From Tubiluchus corallicola (lineage: Eukaryota > Animalia > Priapulida): a DNA stretch of 27,594 bases. The stretch is taken from contig JAQGDQ010002463.1 in the NCBI GenBank assembly GCA_030141605.1, positions 1 through 27,594 of the forward strand, in the 5' to 3' direction. Positions within the stretch are counted from its first letter, which is position 1. Every line of letters starts with the position of its first letter. A program made the translations under genes and the position numbers. The notes beneath the pieces are model-generated. The model worked only from the letters and a program-made list of their open reading frames with translations. It ran no database searches and was not told where the DNA came from. Positions 18,433 to 27,383 of this stretch are shown here, in pieces.

Positions 18433-20147
18433 ATGAAAACTATTGAAAAAAATTTAGAAGATATATTTTATCCAGTAGTTAAAAAATTATATTTAGATCA
18501 AAGTATAATTTTACCTGAAATTTTATCTACTAATAATTCTTCTTTTGGCGATTTCCAGTGGAACTTTGCTTTAGCTAATAGTAAAATACTTAAATCTGAT
18601 CCTAGGATAATAGCAACAAGTATTTTAAATGAAATAAAAGATAATGATCTTATATGCAAGTTAGAAATAGCAGGTCCTGGGTTTATTAATATATTTTTAA
18701 AGGACAAATATGTAAAAAGTTTATTAAAGGATATAGTAAATACAACCTTTGAGTTTGATGAATTAGATAAAAACGGCGACATCATCATTGATTTTTCTAG
18801 CCCTAACATTGCTAAAAATATGCATATTGGCCATTTGAGAAGTACAATTCTTGGAGAGTCTCTAAAAAGAATATATCTATACTTAGGGTATCACGTTTTA
18901 GGAGATAATCATGTAGGTGATTGGGGAACTCAATTTGGAAAACTTATAGTTGCATATAAAAAATGGCTAGATAAAAAAAGTTATGATTCTAATCCTATAA
19001 ATGAATTAGAAAGACTCTATATAAAATTTTCATTAGCAAGTGAAACAAACTCAAATTTAAATGATGAAGCAAGAAAAGAGCTAAAAAAATTACAAGATAA
19101 AGACCATGAAAATTATAAGTTGTGGCAAGAGTTTGTAAAGTATTCTTTTGAAGAATATAATAAACTATATGAAAAACTAGGTATAAGCTTTGATATGTGT
19201 TATGGAGAATCATTTTACCATAATATTATGCCAGATGTTATAAGTGTTATGGAAAACAAAAATATAATAACTGAAGATAGCGGTGCAAAAGTTGTTTATT
19301 TTGATAAAAGTTCTAATCTTCATCCATGTATTGTACAAAAAAAGGACGGTGCATATTTGTATTCAACATCTGATATTGCATGTATAAAGTACAGAAGAGA
19401 AAACTATAATATAAATAAAATTATTTATGTTACTGATGAAAGGCAAAGAGCTCACTTTAATCAAGTGTTTGAAATAGCAAATATGTTAGGTTGGACAGAG
19501 AAAAAAGAACATGTTTGGTTTGGCATTATGAAGTTTTCTGATAACGCATTTTCAAGTAGAAAAGGAAATGTAATAAAAGTTGCAGAGCTAATAAAGGAAG
19601 GAACTTTAAGAGCTAAAAAAATCATAAATGAAAAAATCCAACTATTCCAGAAGAAGAAAAAACTATAATTGCAGAAAAAGTGGCAATAGGAGCAATAAAA
19701 TACTTTGACCTTTCACAAAATAGGCAAAGTTCAATAGTATTTGAGTGGGATAAGGCACTATCTTTTGAAGGAAACACCGCATCTTACATTCAATATACCT
19801 ATGTTCGAATGAAGTCGATACTTAGAAAGTCAAAAAAGCAAGGTATCATTATAAATTATGATAATGAAGTAATATTCCAAAAAAATATTGAGCGAGAAAT
19901 TATTCTTCTTCTAAATAAATTTCCAGTAATAGTAAAAAATGCGAGCAAAACTTTTAGACCAAATTTAATTAGTGACTATTTATTTGATTTATCTAAAAAA
20001 TGTAATAGCTACTACAATGAAGTACCTATATTATTAGAAAAAGATTATAACATACTAAATTCAAGATTAATGCTAGTAGATAAAATATCTAAAATAATTA
20101 ATAAAGGTTTATTTTTGTTAACAATAGATACTATTGAAAGAATGTAA
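18433..20147 (+). CDS. argS: Arginine--tRNA ligase, split by a 1-nt deletion in the A run at 19631-19636
   Basis: FGDFQ, AGPGFIN, SSPNIAKNMHIGHLRS, GDWGTQFG and FSSRKGN. The anticodon domain (FEGNTASYIQY...IERM) is in a second frame and rejoins if A6 becomes A7. Confidence 0.95.
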
Positions 20148-20250
20148 ATACAAAGGTATCAATTATATATTTAAACATATTTTTTAATATTGATGTAGTA
20201 GGATTTGTAGTACTTATTTAAATTTATTATAAATATATGGAGGTTATTTT

Positions 20251-21444
20251 ATGGTTATAAAACCTAAAATCAAAGGTAGTATCGCATTAAATTGCCACCC
20301 TATGGGATGCAAGAAAGCAGTTGAAAATCAAATCACATATGTAAAATCTAGTGATAAGTATAGTGGAGGAAAAAAAGCCTTGATATTAGGAGCCTCTTCT
20401 GGGTATGGACTTGCTAGCAGAGTATCATTAGCATTTGGTAGTAACTGTGATACAATTGGAGTGTCTTTTGAAAAAGCTGGAACTAATAGAAAAGTTGGAT
20501 CTTCAGGTTGGTATAACAATATTGCATTTAAAGGCTATGCTGAAAAAGAAGGATTAATCGCTAAAAATTTTAATGGCGACGCTTTTTCTCATGAAATGAA
20601 AAATAATGTAATCAAATATATAAAAGAAGAATTCGGAGGAAAAATAGATATTGTCGTATATAGCTTAGCATCTGGGCGTAGAATAGATCCTGATACTGGC
20701 GAAACATACTGGTCATCATTAAAACCTAGAGAAACTTCATTAACAGGCCCTACATTTAATGTAGAAAAAGAAGAGTTAGAATATATCACACTTGAGCCTG
20801 CAACTGAAGATGACATAAAAAATACAGTTAAAGTAATGGGGGGAGAAGATTGGGAATTATGGATAAAATCTCTTTTAGAGGCTGATGTTCTTTCAGAAAG
20901 ATGTAAAACTATAGCCTATTCTTATATTGGAAAAAATGTAACAAGAAGAATCTATAGAGAGGGTACTATTGGGGCAGCAAAAGAACATTTAGAATCTACA
21001 GCTAAGTCATTAGATAAATTATTAAAAGAAAAAGTAGATGGTGAAGCATATATTGGAGTGGATAGGGCAATTATCTCTAAAGCAAGTGCTTATATACCTA
21101 TATTCCCACTTTATGCAGCAATCTTATTTCCTGTTATGGAAAGCAAAAACCTACAGGAAAATGCTATTGAACATACTCACAGACTATTTAAAGATATGAT
21201 ATACGGTGATAAAGCAGAATTTGATGAAAAAGGTAGACTAAGACCAGATAACTGGGAGATGAAAGAAGAGATTCAAGAAAAAGTTAGTCAAATATACAAT
21301 CAAGTCAATAAATACAACTTTAAGACTTTAATTGACTTTCCTAGGTATAAAAAAGAATTTTTGCAAATAAATGGTTTTTCCATAGACGGTGTTAACTATG
21401 AAGAGGATATTGATTTAGAGTCTTTAGAAAAACTTGAAATATAA
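20251..21444 (+). CDS. fabV: Enoyl-ACP reductase FabV / trans-2-enoyl-CoA reductase
   Basis: HPMGC, GASSGYGLASR, GDAFS, YSLAS, VMGGEDW, and the catalytic Y-x8-K (YREGTIGAAK). Confidence 0.93.
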   Translation: MVIKPKIKGSIALNCHPMGCKKAVENQITYVKSSDKYSGGKKALILGASSGYGLASRVSLAFGSNCDTIGVSFEKAGTNRKVGSSGWYNNIAFKGYAEKEGLIAKNFNGDAFSHEMKNNVIKYIKEEFGGKIDIVVYSLASGRRIDPDTGETYWSSLKPRETSLTGPTFNVEKEELEYITLEPATEDDIKNTVKVMGGEDWELWIKSLLEADVLSERCKTIAYSYIGKNVTRRIYREGTIGAAKEHLESTAKSLDKLLKEKVDGEAYIGVDRAIISKASAYIPIFPLYAAILFPVMESKNLQENAIEHTHRLFKDMIYGDKAEFDEKGRLRPDNWEMKEEIQEKVSQIYNQVNKYNFKTLIDFPRYKKEFLQINGFSIDGVNYEEDIDLESLEKLEI

Positions 21445-21514
21445 ATTAATATAAACTTTTAAGATGATTATTTTGTCTAAATATTTATATTGGTAACTAG
21501 TTTGGAGGCAAATA

Positions 21515-22075
21515 ATGATATTAAGTAAAAACATGAGAAAAGTTTATATAATACTATCTATGTTCTTTATATTTTCTACTAGTTTTTCTGTTACAAAGAA
21601 AATAGAAAATGTAGTTGACGAAGCAATAATGGGTATTAAAAATATTGATTTAAAAAATATAAAAGGTGATCATTTAAAAGATAAAACTTTTAGTATAGAA
21701 GAAATATATAAAAAAGTCATTAATGAGTCATCTTATAGCATACTTAATGAGGAATATAATAAAGATGATAGCAGTTACGATGTTAAAATAAAAATCAAGT
21801 CCTATCCTATTTTAAACTTACTTGAAGCTAGTCAAAATATTGTGTATGAGAGACTAGTTAAAGAAAATCTAGTTAAAGAATTTGAATCTCAAGAAAGTTT
21901 AGATGAATTTATAAAAGTCTCTGCTAGAGAGATTTTAATGAATCTTATAGACGAAAATACAGATGAATTTATGATTGAATCAGAAGTTGACATCAAAATT
22001 TTTGAAGAAAACGAAAAATTATATATCACTGAGGAAGACATGGAAAAATTAGTATCTATTTTTATTTTATATTAA
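21515..22075 (+). CDS. Hypothetical exported acidic protein
   Basis: GGAGG RBS and a signal-peptide-like N-terminus (start may be 21533). Weak similarity to the lipoprotein at 2629..3240. Confidence 0.65.
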   Translation: MILSKNMRKVYIILSMFFIFSTSFSVTKKIENVVDEAIMGIKNIDLKNIKGDHLKDKTFSIEEIYKKVINESSYSILNEEYNKDDSSYDVKIKIKSYPILNLLEASQNIVYERLVKENLVKEFESQESLDEFIKVSAREILMNLIDENTDEFMIESEVDIKIFEENEKLYITEEDMEKLVSIFILY

Positions 22076-22118
22076 TAAAATAATATTACAAATACTTTAC
22101 TAAAGGAGATAAGATATC

Positions 22119-22640
22119 ATGATTATAAAAAAGTTTTTAATTATTTTAACAATGTTTTGGATATACACATCCCTAGCTTATGGAGTTGATTTATACCTTG
22201 ATTTTGGTGCATTTATAAATACAAGTGACTACAATGATATTGAATCTTCTAAAAATGACATATCATTTATTGGAGGAGTTGAGTTAGAGCAAGCATTTTT
22301 TATTGCAGATTTTGGAGTTGGAGCTAGATATAACAGTAAAAGTGATGGAGTTGATTTTGCTACTGTACCTGTTTATGTATATGGAAAATCAAAGATTATA
22401 CCAATAGGAATTAAACCATATATCATTGGAAAGGTAGGTAAAGCATTTATTGTAAATGATGATACTTCTGGAGGCTCTGATGATATTTCTGGAGGATTAT
22501 ATTTTGGAGTTGGAGCAGGAGTAGAAATTGGACCTTTGGATGCTGAGCTTTTATATTCTATTACTGATATAAACGATGACTATAGAGGTAGTGATAATTT
22601 AAAACAAGTAAGTCTTACTATTGGTTATAAAGTATTTTAG
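22119..22640 (+). CDS. Small outer-membrane beta-barrel (OmpA/OmpW-like transmembrane domain)
   Basis: Signal peptide, VPVYVYG, PYIIGKVG and GLYFGVGAGVE. C-terminal IGYKVF beta-signal. Confidence 0.85.
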   Translation: MIIKKFLIILTMFWIYTSLAYGVDLYLDFGAFINTSDYNDIESSKNDISFIGGVELEQAFFIADFGVGARYNSKSDGVDFATVPVYVYGKSKIIPIGIKPYIIGKVGKAFIVNDDTSGGSDDISGGLYFGVGAGVEIGPLDAELLYSITDINDDYRGSDNLKQVSLTIGYKVF

Positions 22641-22705
22641 ATAAATATTTTACAAAACTAAAAACAAACTCACCTTTAAAAAATAAAAGAGTTTATAGAA
22701 AATAC

Positions 22706-22752
22706 AAATCCTTTTAGATTATAATTAAAATAATAATCTAAAGGGATTTTTT
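22706..22752 (+). terminator. Rho-independent terminator
   Basis: AAATCCTTTTAGATTAT ... ATAATCTAAAGGGATTT followed by T residues. Confidence 0.75.
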
Positions 22753-22818
22753 ATATAATGATCTTACAATAATTTTGAAACCTTTTACATAACAAAGTTA
22801 ATATTTAATGTAATTTGT

Positions 22819-23825
22819 TAGATCTATTTTTAAACAAGTAAAAAGATTGCAGTATTAAAATTTAAACATATATAGTTAGGAAAATTTTCAAGGAAACAAT
22901 AGATAACCAAAATAGATTATAAATATAAAATAACATTTAAAAGATAAAAAATAAGTGTTAAAAATATGATTTATAAACTAGAAAATCCATTTCTTAAATA
23001 CCTAAATAGATAATAAATATAATAATTATTACAAAGAAAAACATATTTACTAATTAAAATAAAAAAGCATTATAATGATATAATCTTACATATAAATGGC
23101 TTAATAGGAAAGCTAATAATCGTAATTGTGAAATATTTCAATGAAAGTATTGATTATTAGAATGTTTTAACAAGTTTAAAGGCATTCATGGAAGACTTAG
23201 AATTAAACGTATAACATTAAAATTAATCATAAAAAATTTATAGACTCATGAAAGAAGTTGCTTTGAAATCAGTAATTGAAAAAGAAAAGATATAAAGAAA
23301 AACATAAAACGCCTGAAATTATTAAAGAAAATTTTTTAGAAATAAATTTTAAATCTACAAAATATATATCAGAAAAAAACATTTGAATACCTATGTCAAT
23401 AAAAATTTGTACAATAATGAAATTGTGAGATATTCCATATCAAACTCTCAAACTTTATTTCAGGTTTTAGATACTGTAAAGCAAGGAATAAAAATAAAAA
23501 ATGTAGAAGGTTTAATTATCCATTCAGATCAAAGCTTTCAATATTAGAAACAAGCAATATGTAAAATTTTGATTATAAAATTAAAGTATCTTGTTCAAGG
23601 CAAGGATGTTGTATATATATTGAGTTATTTTTTTGGTCATTTAAAGATCAGGGTATCCATAACTTATATTCACCAAAGACATCTAACAAAGTAGAAGAGC
23701 CTATAGAAAAATATAATAACTTTTATAATTCAATTGAAATTAAAAGGCTACAGTCCGAAAAAATATCGAATTATAGCCTAAAATAGTGTTTTTATTTTAT
23801 TGTTTACTTGACAGGTATAGGTCCA
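22819..23825 (+). mobile_element. Decayed IS3-family (IS150-like) insertion sequence remnant
   Basis: Fragments in shifting frames: INHKK/YRLMK, LYNNEIV.YSIS, GLIIHSDQSFQY*, FFGHLK and LKGYSPKKYR. The right end TGTTTACTTGACAGGTATAGGTCCA ends in CA. A degraded left IR lies at about 22819-22842. Confidence 0.8.
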
Positions 23826-23931
23826 ACATTTAGGTTGATAAAGTAAAACTTTTTGTAAATAGACAATTTCTTATTTTTTGCATAATGATAGATCTCTAAA
23901 ATAAAATTTATAATAATAATTTTGTTTATAT

Positions 23932-23967
23932 AAAAAATAAAGCTGTTAACTAAATAGTCAACAACTT
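23932..23967 (-). terminator. Rho-independent terminator of the M23 gene
   Basis: On the minus strand AAGUUGUUGACUA / UAGUUAACAGCUU pairs fully using two G-U pairs, followed by UAUUUUUU. Confidence 0.7.
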
Positions 23968-23973
23968 AACAAT

Positions 23974-24600
23974 TTATCTATAATTCAATGGGTTTACTGT
24001 ATTACCATTTTTAATTATCTCGAAATGTAAATGTGGTCCAGTACTTGCTCCTGTATTTCCAGTTTTTCCAATTAATTGTCCCTTTGATACACTTTGCTTT
24101 GGTTTTACCATTATCGTATTTAAATGTGCCATTCTAGTCTGATATCCATTTGAGTGACTAATTAAAATAGTTTTTCCATATCCTCTAAGCCAACCTGCAA
24201 TCTTTACAACTCCAGATGCTGGAGAATATAGCCTTGTATTTGAAGCAACCTTTAAATCTACACCTTTATGAAACCTTTTTTTCTTAGATATTGGATGTAC
24301 TCTATATCCAAATTTACTTGTTACTCTAGCGTTTTTAGAAACCGGCCATGTAAATTTTTTCCCTGAATTTTTCTTTTTAGCTGCACTTGCTGATTTTCCA
24401 TTTGACGTAATTGCAAGCTTTTCTCCAACTCTTATTAAGGAAGTTTTCTTATTATTTAACTTTTTTAATTCTGATATGCTCATTCCATATTTTTTAGATA
24501 TTTTACCTAATGTTTCACCAGTTTTTACAACATGATATTCTTTTGAAAAGGCTAGTACAGAAAATAAAAATATAATTATTAAATAACTCACTTTTCTCAT
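23974..24600 (-). CDS. LysM-domain M23 family metallopeptidase
   Basis: Signal peptide and LysM (HVVKTGETL..IS.KYG). M23 motifs HKGVD and STGPHLHFE. Confidence 0.93.
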   Translation of the reverse strand: MRKVSYLIIIFLFSVLAFSKEYHVVKTGETLGKISKKYGMSISELKKLNNKKTSLIRVGEKLAITSNGKSASAAKKKNSGKKFTWPVSKNARVTSKFGYRVHPISKKKRFHKGVDLKVASNTRLYSPASGVVKIAGWLRGYGKTILISHSNGYQTRMAHLNTIMVKPKQSVSKGQLIGKTGNTGASTGPHLHFEIIKNGNTVNPLNYR

Positions 24601-24661
24601 ATTTTTTTATCTCCTTTTGTAACATATTATTTTTTTATTTTAACATACTTTACTATATTTG

Positions 24662-25168
24662 TCAACTTTTTATTATCATAAAATTTTCATTGAAATAAGT
24701 CCTTACTCTACTAGTAAAATCCACCTTATTTTCCATTATTAACGGTATAAGGTACTCTTTTTTGTCATTTGATATAAAGGATAAACATGCCTCTATTCTT
24801 TTGGACCCTTTTGGTATGGTTTTTACAAGTGACACTTTACCTATATCCTCTAATTTAACTTTTAACTTACCATAAGTCATATTTTTTTCTAAAAAATCTA
24901 AAGTTATTTTATATTTATTAATTGAATATATAAAATAAGTTCCCATTGTAAGTATTAAAGTAGCTAAAACAATCGTAATTACATTTTTTTCTACTACTCC
25001 CATATAAAGTTGAAAAAAACCTATTAAAAGCATAATACTATATATTAGTGTCCATAATATTAATTTTTTTTTGTTATATTTATACACTATTTTATCTTTT
25101 TGTTCTGTTACTTCATAATTTTCAACTTTTTTTACAAAATCTTCATAAAAAAACATCGTACACCTCAT
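24662..25168 (-). CDS. Hypothetical membrane protein (2 TM plus a PH-like soluble domain)
   Basis: Two hydrophobic helices, in operon order between ftsB and the M23 gene. Start may be 25156. Confidence 0.7.
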   Translation of the reverse strand: MRCTMFFYEDFVKKVENYEVTEQKDKIVYKYNKKKLILWTLIYSIMLLIGFFQLYMGVVEKNVITIVLATLILTMGTYFIYSINKYKITLDFLEKNMTYGKLKVKLEDIGKVSLVKTIPKGSKRIEACLSFISNDKKEYLIPLIMENKVDFTSRVRTYFNENFMIIKS

Positions 25169-25184
25169 TTGTTTAAAGAATATT

Positions 25185-25472
25185 TTATTTCCTATCCTCT
25201 TCTAATAATTTGTATATTTTTTCTCCTTTTTTTCTCATATTAAGTCTATTTCTAGCTATTTTTTCAATTTCATTTAAATTATTAATATCCTTTATTTCTG
25301 TTTCAAGGTTACTTATTGATTTTGCATATTCTCTATTACTTTTTATAAGTTCACTTTTTTCAGTTTCTAATTTTTGAATTTTACTGTGACTTTTCATAAT
25401 AAGTGGAACAAAAAAATAAAGTATTGCTACTAAAGCTAGTATAGAAAAAAATTCAAATTTATGCTCTATCAT
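25185..25472 (-). CDS. Septum formation initiator FtsB/DivIC family
   Basis: One TM, a coiled coil, and IEKIARNRLNM.K.GE.IY. Confidence 0.85.
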   Translation of the reverse strand: MIEHKFEFFSILALVAILYFFVPLIMKSHSKIQKLETEKSELIKSNREYAKSISNLETEIKDINNLNEIEKIARNRLNMRKKGEKIYKLLEEDRK

Positions 25473-25481
25473 GCTTACTCC

Positions 25482-25857
25482 CTATAAATTTTTGTAAAGC
25501 ATTAGTTTATTATTTATATAATTAATAGCCATTATATATCCGTAACTTCCAAATCCTGAAATTTGCCCAATTGAAATATCTGCAATAACACTCTTTTCTC
25601 TAAATTTCTCCCTAGAATATATATTAGAAAGATGCACTTCTATTGTTTTTAGAGAGCTTGATAGTATTGCATCCCTTATGGAAATACTATAATGAGTGAA
25701 TGCCCCTGGGTTAATTATTAAAAATCTTATTTTATCTTTACAGTTTTGTATGTAGTCTACTATGTCTCCTTCATGGTTAGATTGATAAATTTCTATTTCA
25801 AATCCATACTTCAATGCTTCTTTTTTTATTTTAACATTTATATCTTCTAATTTGTTT
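25482..25857 (-). pseudogene. aroQ: Type II 3-dehydroquinate dehydratase, 5' end missing (cut at the junction)
   Basis: QSNHEG, IINPGAFTHYS, EVHLSNIYSRE.FR and ISGFG..GY are present. The N-terminal NGPNLN/REP..YG segment is absent and replaced by (ATAC)n. Confidence 0.9.
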
Positions 25858-25986
25858 ATACATACATACATACATAAATACATGCATACATACATACATA
25901 CATACATACATACATACATACATACATACATACATACATACATACATACATACATACATACATACATACATACATACATACATAGA

Positions 25987-26016
<30 letters not shown>
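25858..26016. repeat. (ATAC)n/(GTAT)n tetranucleotide microsatellite, about 40 units
   Basis: Direct reading shows only three variant units (ATAA, ATGC, ATAG). Confidence 0.97.
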
Positions 26017-26017
<1 letters not shown>

Positions 26018-26574
26018 GATTGGAATTTAAACTCATGGTTGTAATTGACAGAGTACTATGGAATATCCATATGGCATCTAACAGAAAGACGTTGGAAGAG
26101 TTCGGCACTAACCGCACTGTCAGCCAAGAAACCACTGACGAACCAGTGGAGGTGGAAGAGAATCAGACTCATATTTTGCTGAAAAGGAGAAAAAAGATTT
26201 TGCTTTGGGGAGATCTTCGTGATCATCCCTTTGGTCTTGGACATGAGCCATTAGAAATGTGAATATACAAATAATCGTAGCTTACTGGAAGATGCTGATG
26301 CTGTGGTCTTCAGCACCCACAGACGTCTGCAGCTGCCCCTGGACAGGAGAAAAGAAAATCAATACTGGATATTCCATAGAACTATAGAAAGGCGCATGAG
26401 ATGAAAGGTTTGTCTGTAAACAACTCAAAAAGCGTAACGGAACTGTGTAGATCAACATTTACAAGGCCTTAGAAAAAAGACAGCGAACTTTCAATGGTTG
26501 CAGCCAATACTAAGCAGAAGCTTCTGCACTCAACTTACACGATGAGATACACTATCAATACCAATATGACTCAC

Positions 26575-26710
26575 CTGTTTCCATACAGCAATTTGGAGAC
26601 TGCACCGCTTTTTCGAGAAAGATTTTACTAAAGAAAGCTTCTCTTGCTTCAGCAGTGGGCGTGGGCGCGCGTATCACTTGATCCGGGTACTCGCGAAACA
26701 AGTTTGTAAC
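26575..26710 (-). CDS. Eukaryotic internal exon (136 nt), ATAD2/ATAD2B-like
   Basis: Acceptor TTCTTTTTCCGACACTCTGCAG| and donor CAG|GTGAGT. The peptide VTNLFREYPDQVIRAPTPTAEAREAFFSKIFLEKAVQSP resembles the ATAD2 segment after AAA2 (P..E.R..FF...A..P), recalled from memory. Confidence 0.65.
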
Positions 26711-26832
26711 CTGCAGAGTGTCGGAAAAAGAATACACGGTAAACAGCAAATACCCGGAAAGAAACGTCGTCTTTAATATCATTAAAAACCAACAAATGGC
26801 TTCCAGAAATTTCCAGTGCAACGTGGTGGAAA

Positions 26833-27383
26833 GAGACTAACTATTGAGTAGAATGAGAATAAAAATTGGAAATTTCAAACAAACTCTGCACTTCGGTAAC
26901 AGAGATTAACTAATGCGTAGAATGAGAATAACCATTGGTAATTTCAAACAAACTCTGCACTTTGGTAACAGAGATTAACTATTGCGTAGAATGAGAATAA
27001 CCATTGGTAATTTCAAACAAACTCTGCACTTTGGTAACAGAGATTAACTATTGCGTAGAATGAGAATAACCATTGGTAATTTCAAACAAACTCTGCACTT
27101 TGGTAACAGAGATTACCTATTGCGTAGAAAGAGAATAACCAATGGTAATTTCAAACAAACTCTGCACTTTGGTAACAGAGATTAACTATTGCGTAGAATG
27201 AGAATAACCATTGGTAATTTCAAACAAACTCTGCACTTTGGTAACAGAGATTAACTATTGCGTAGAATGAGAATAACCATTGGTAATTTCAAACAAACTC
27301 TGCACTTTGGTAACAGAGATTAACTATTGCGTAGAATGAGAATAACCATTGGTAATTTCAAGAAACTCTGCACTTCGGTAACA
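26833..27383. repeat. 69-bp minisatellite, 8 head-to-tail copies
   Basis: Unit GAGATTAACTATTGCGTAGAATGAGAATAACCATTGGTAATTTCAAACAAACTCTGCACTTTGGTAACA, starting at 26833, 26902, 26971, 27040, 27109, 27178, 27247 and 27316. No spacers. Confidence 0.97.

Noticed and set aside
784-20816. Antisense or nested short ORFs (for example 784..1020, 2963..3184, 3237..3422, 3769..4077, 7517..7756, 11973..12332, 15076..15402, 16245..17084, 18498..19213, 20328..20816)
   Set aside because: They overlap well-supported genes or promoters and lack motifs, so they are shadow ORFs.
23126-23143. Rex-like operator TTGTGAAATATTTCAATG
   Set aside because: The right half is mismatched, and it lies inside the IS remnant, far from any gene start.
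25482-26135. 217-aa MYVC-repeat/AroQ fusion protein as a novel Cys-rich enzyme
   Set aside because: The MYVC run is simply the translation of (GTAT)n. There is no RBS, and the AroQ catalytic N-terminus is missing.
26020-26262. Short ORFs 26020..26262 (+) and 26056..26244 (-) as bacterial genes
   Set aside because: No RBS or recognisable motifs, and they lie in the eukaryote-like segment.
26555-26821. 88-aa ORF as a complete gene
   Set aside because: Only the splice-site-bounded core looks coding. The flanks read as intron sequence.
26833-27383. CRISPR array
   Set aside because: The units are contiguous 69-mers with no unique spacers, and there are no cas genes in the window.
26833-27383. 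Coding repeat (23-aa unit)
   Set aside because: The consensus unit has a stop codon in all six frames.
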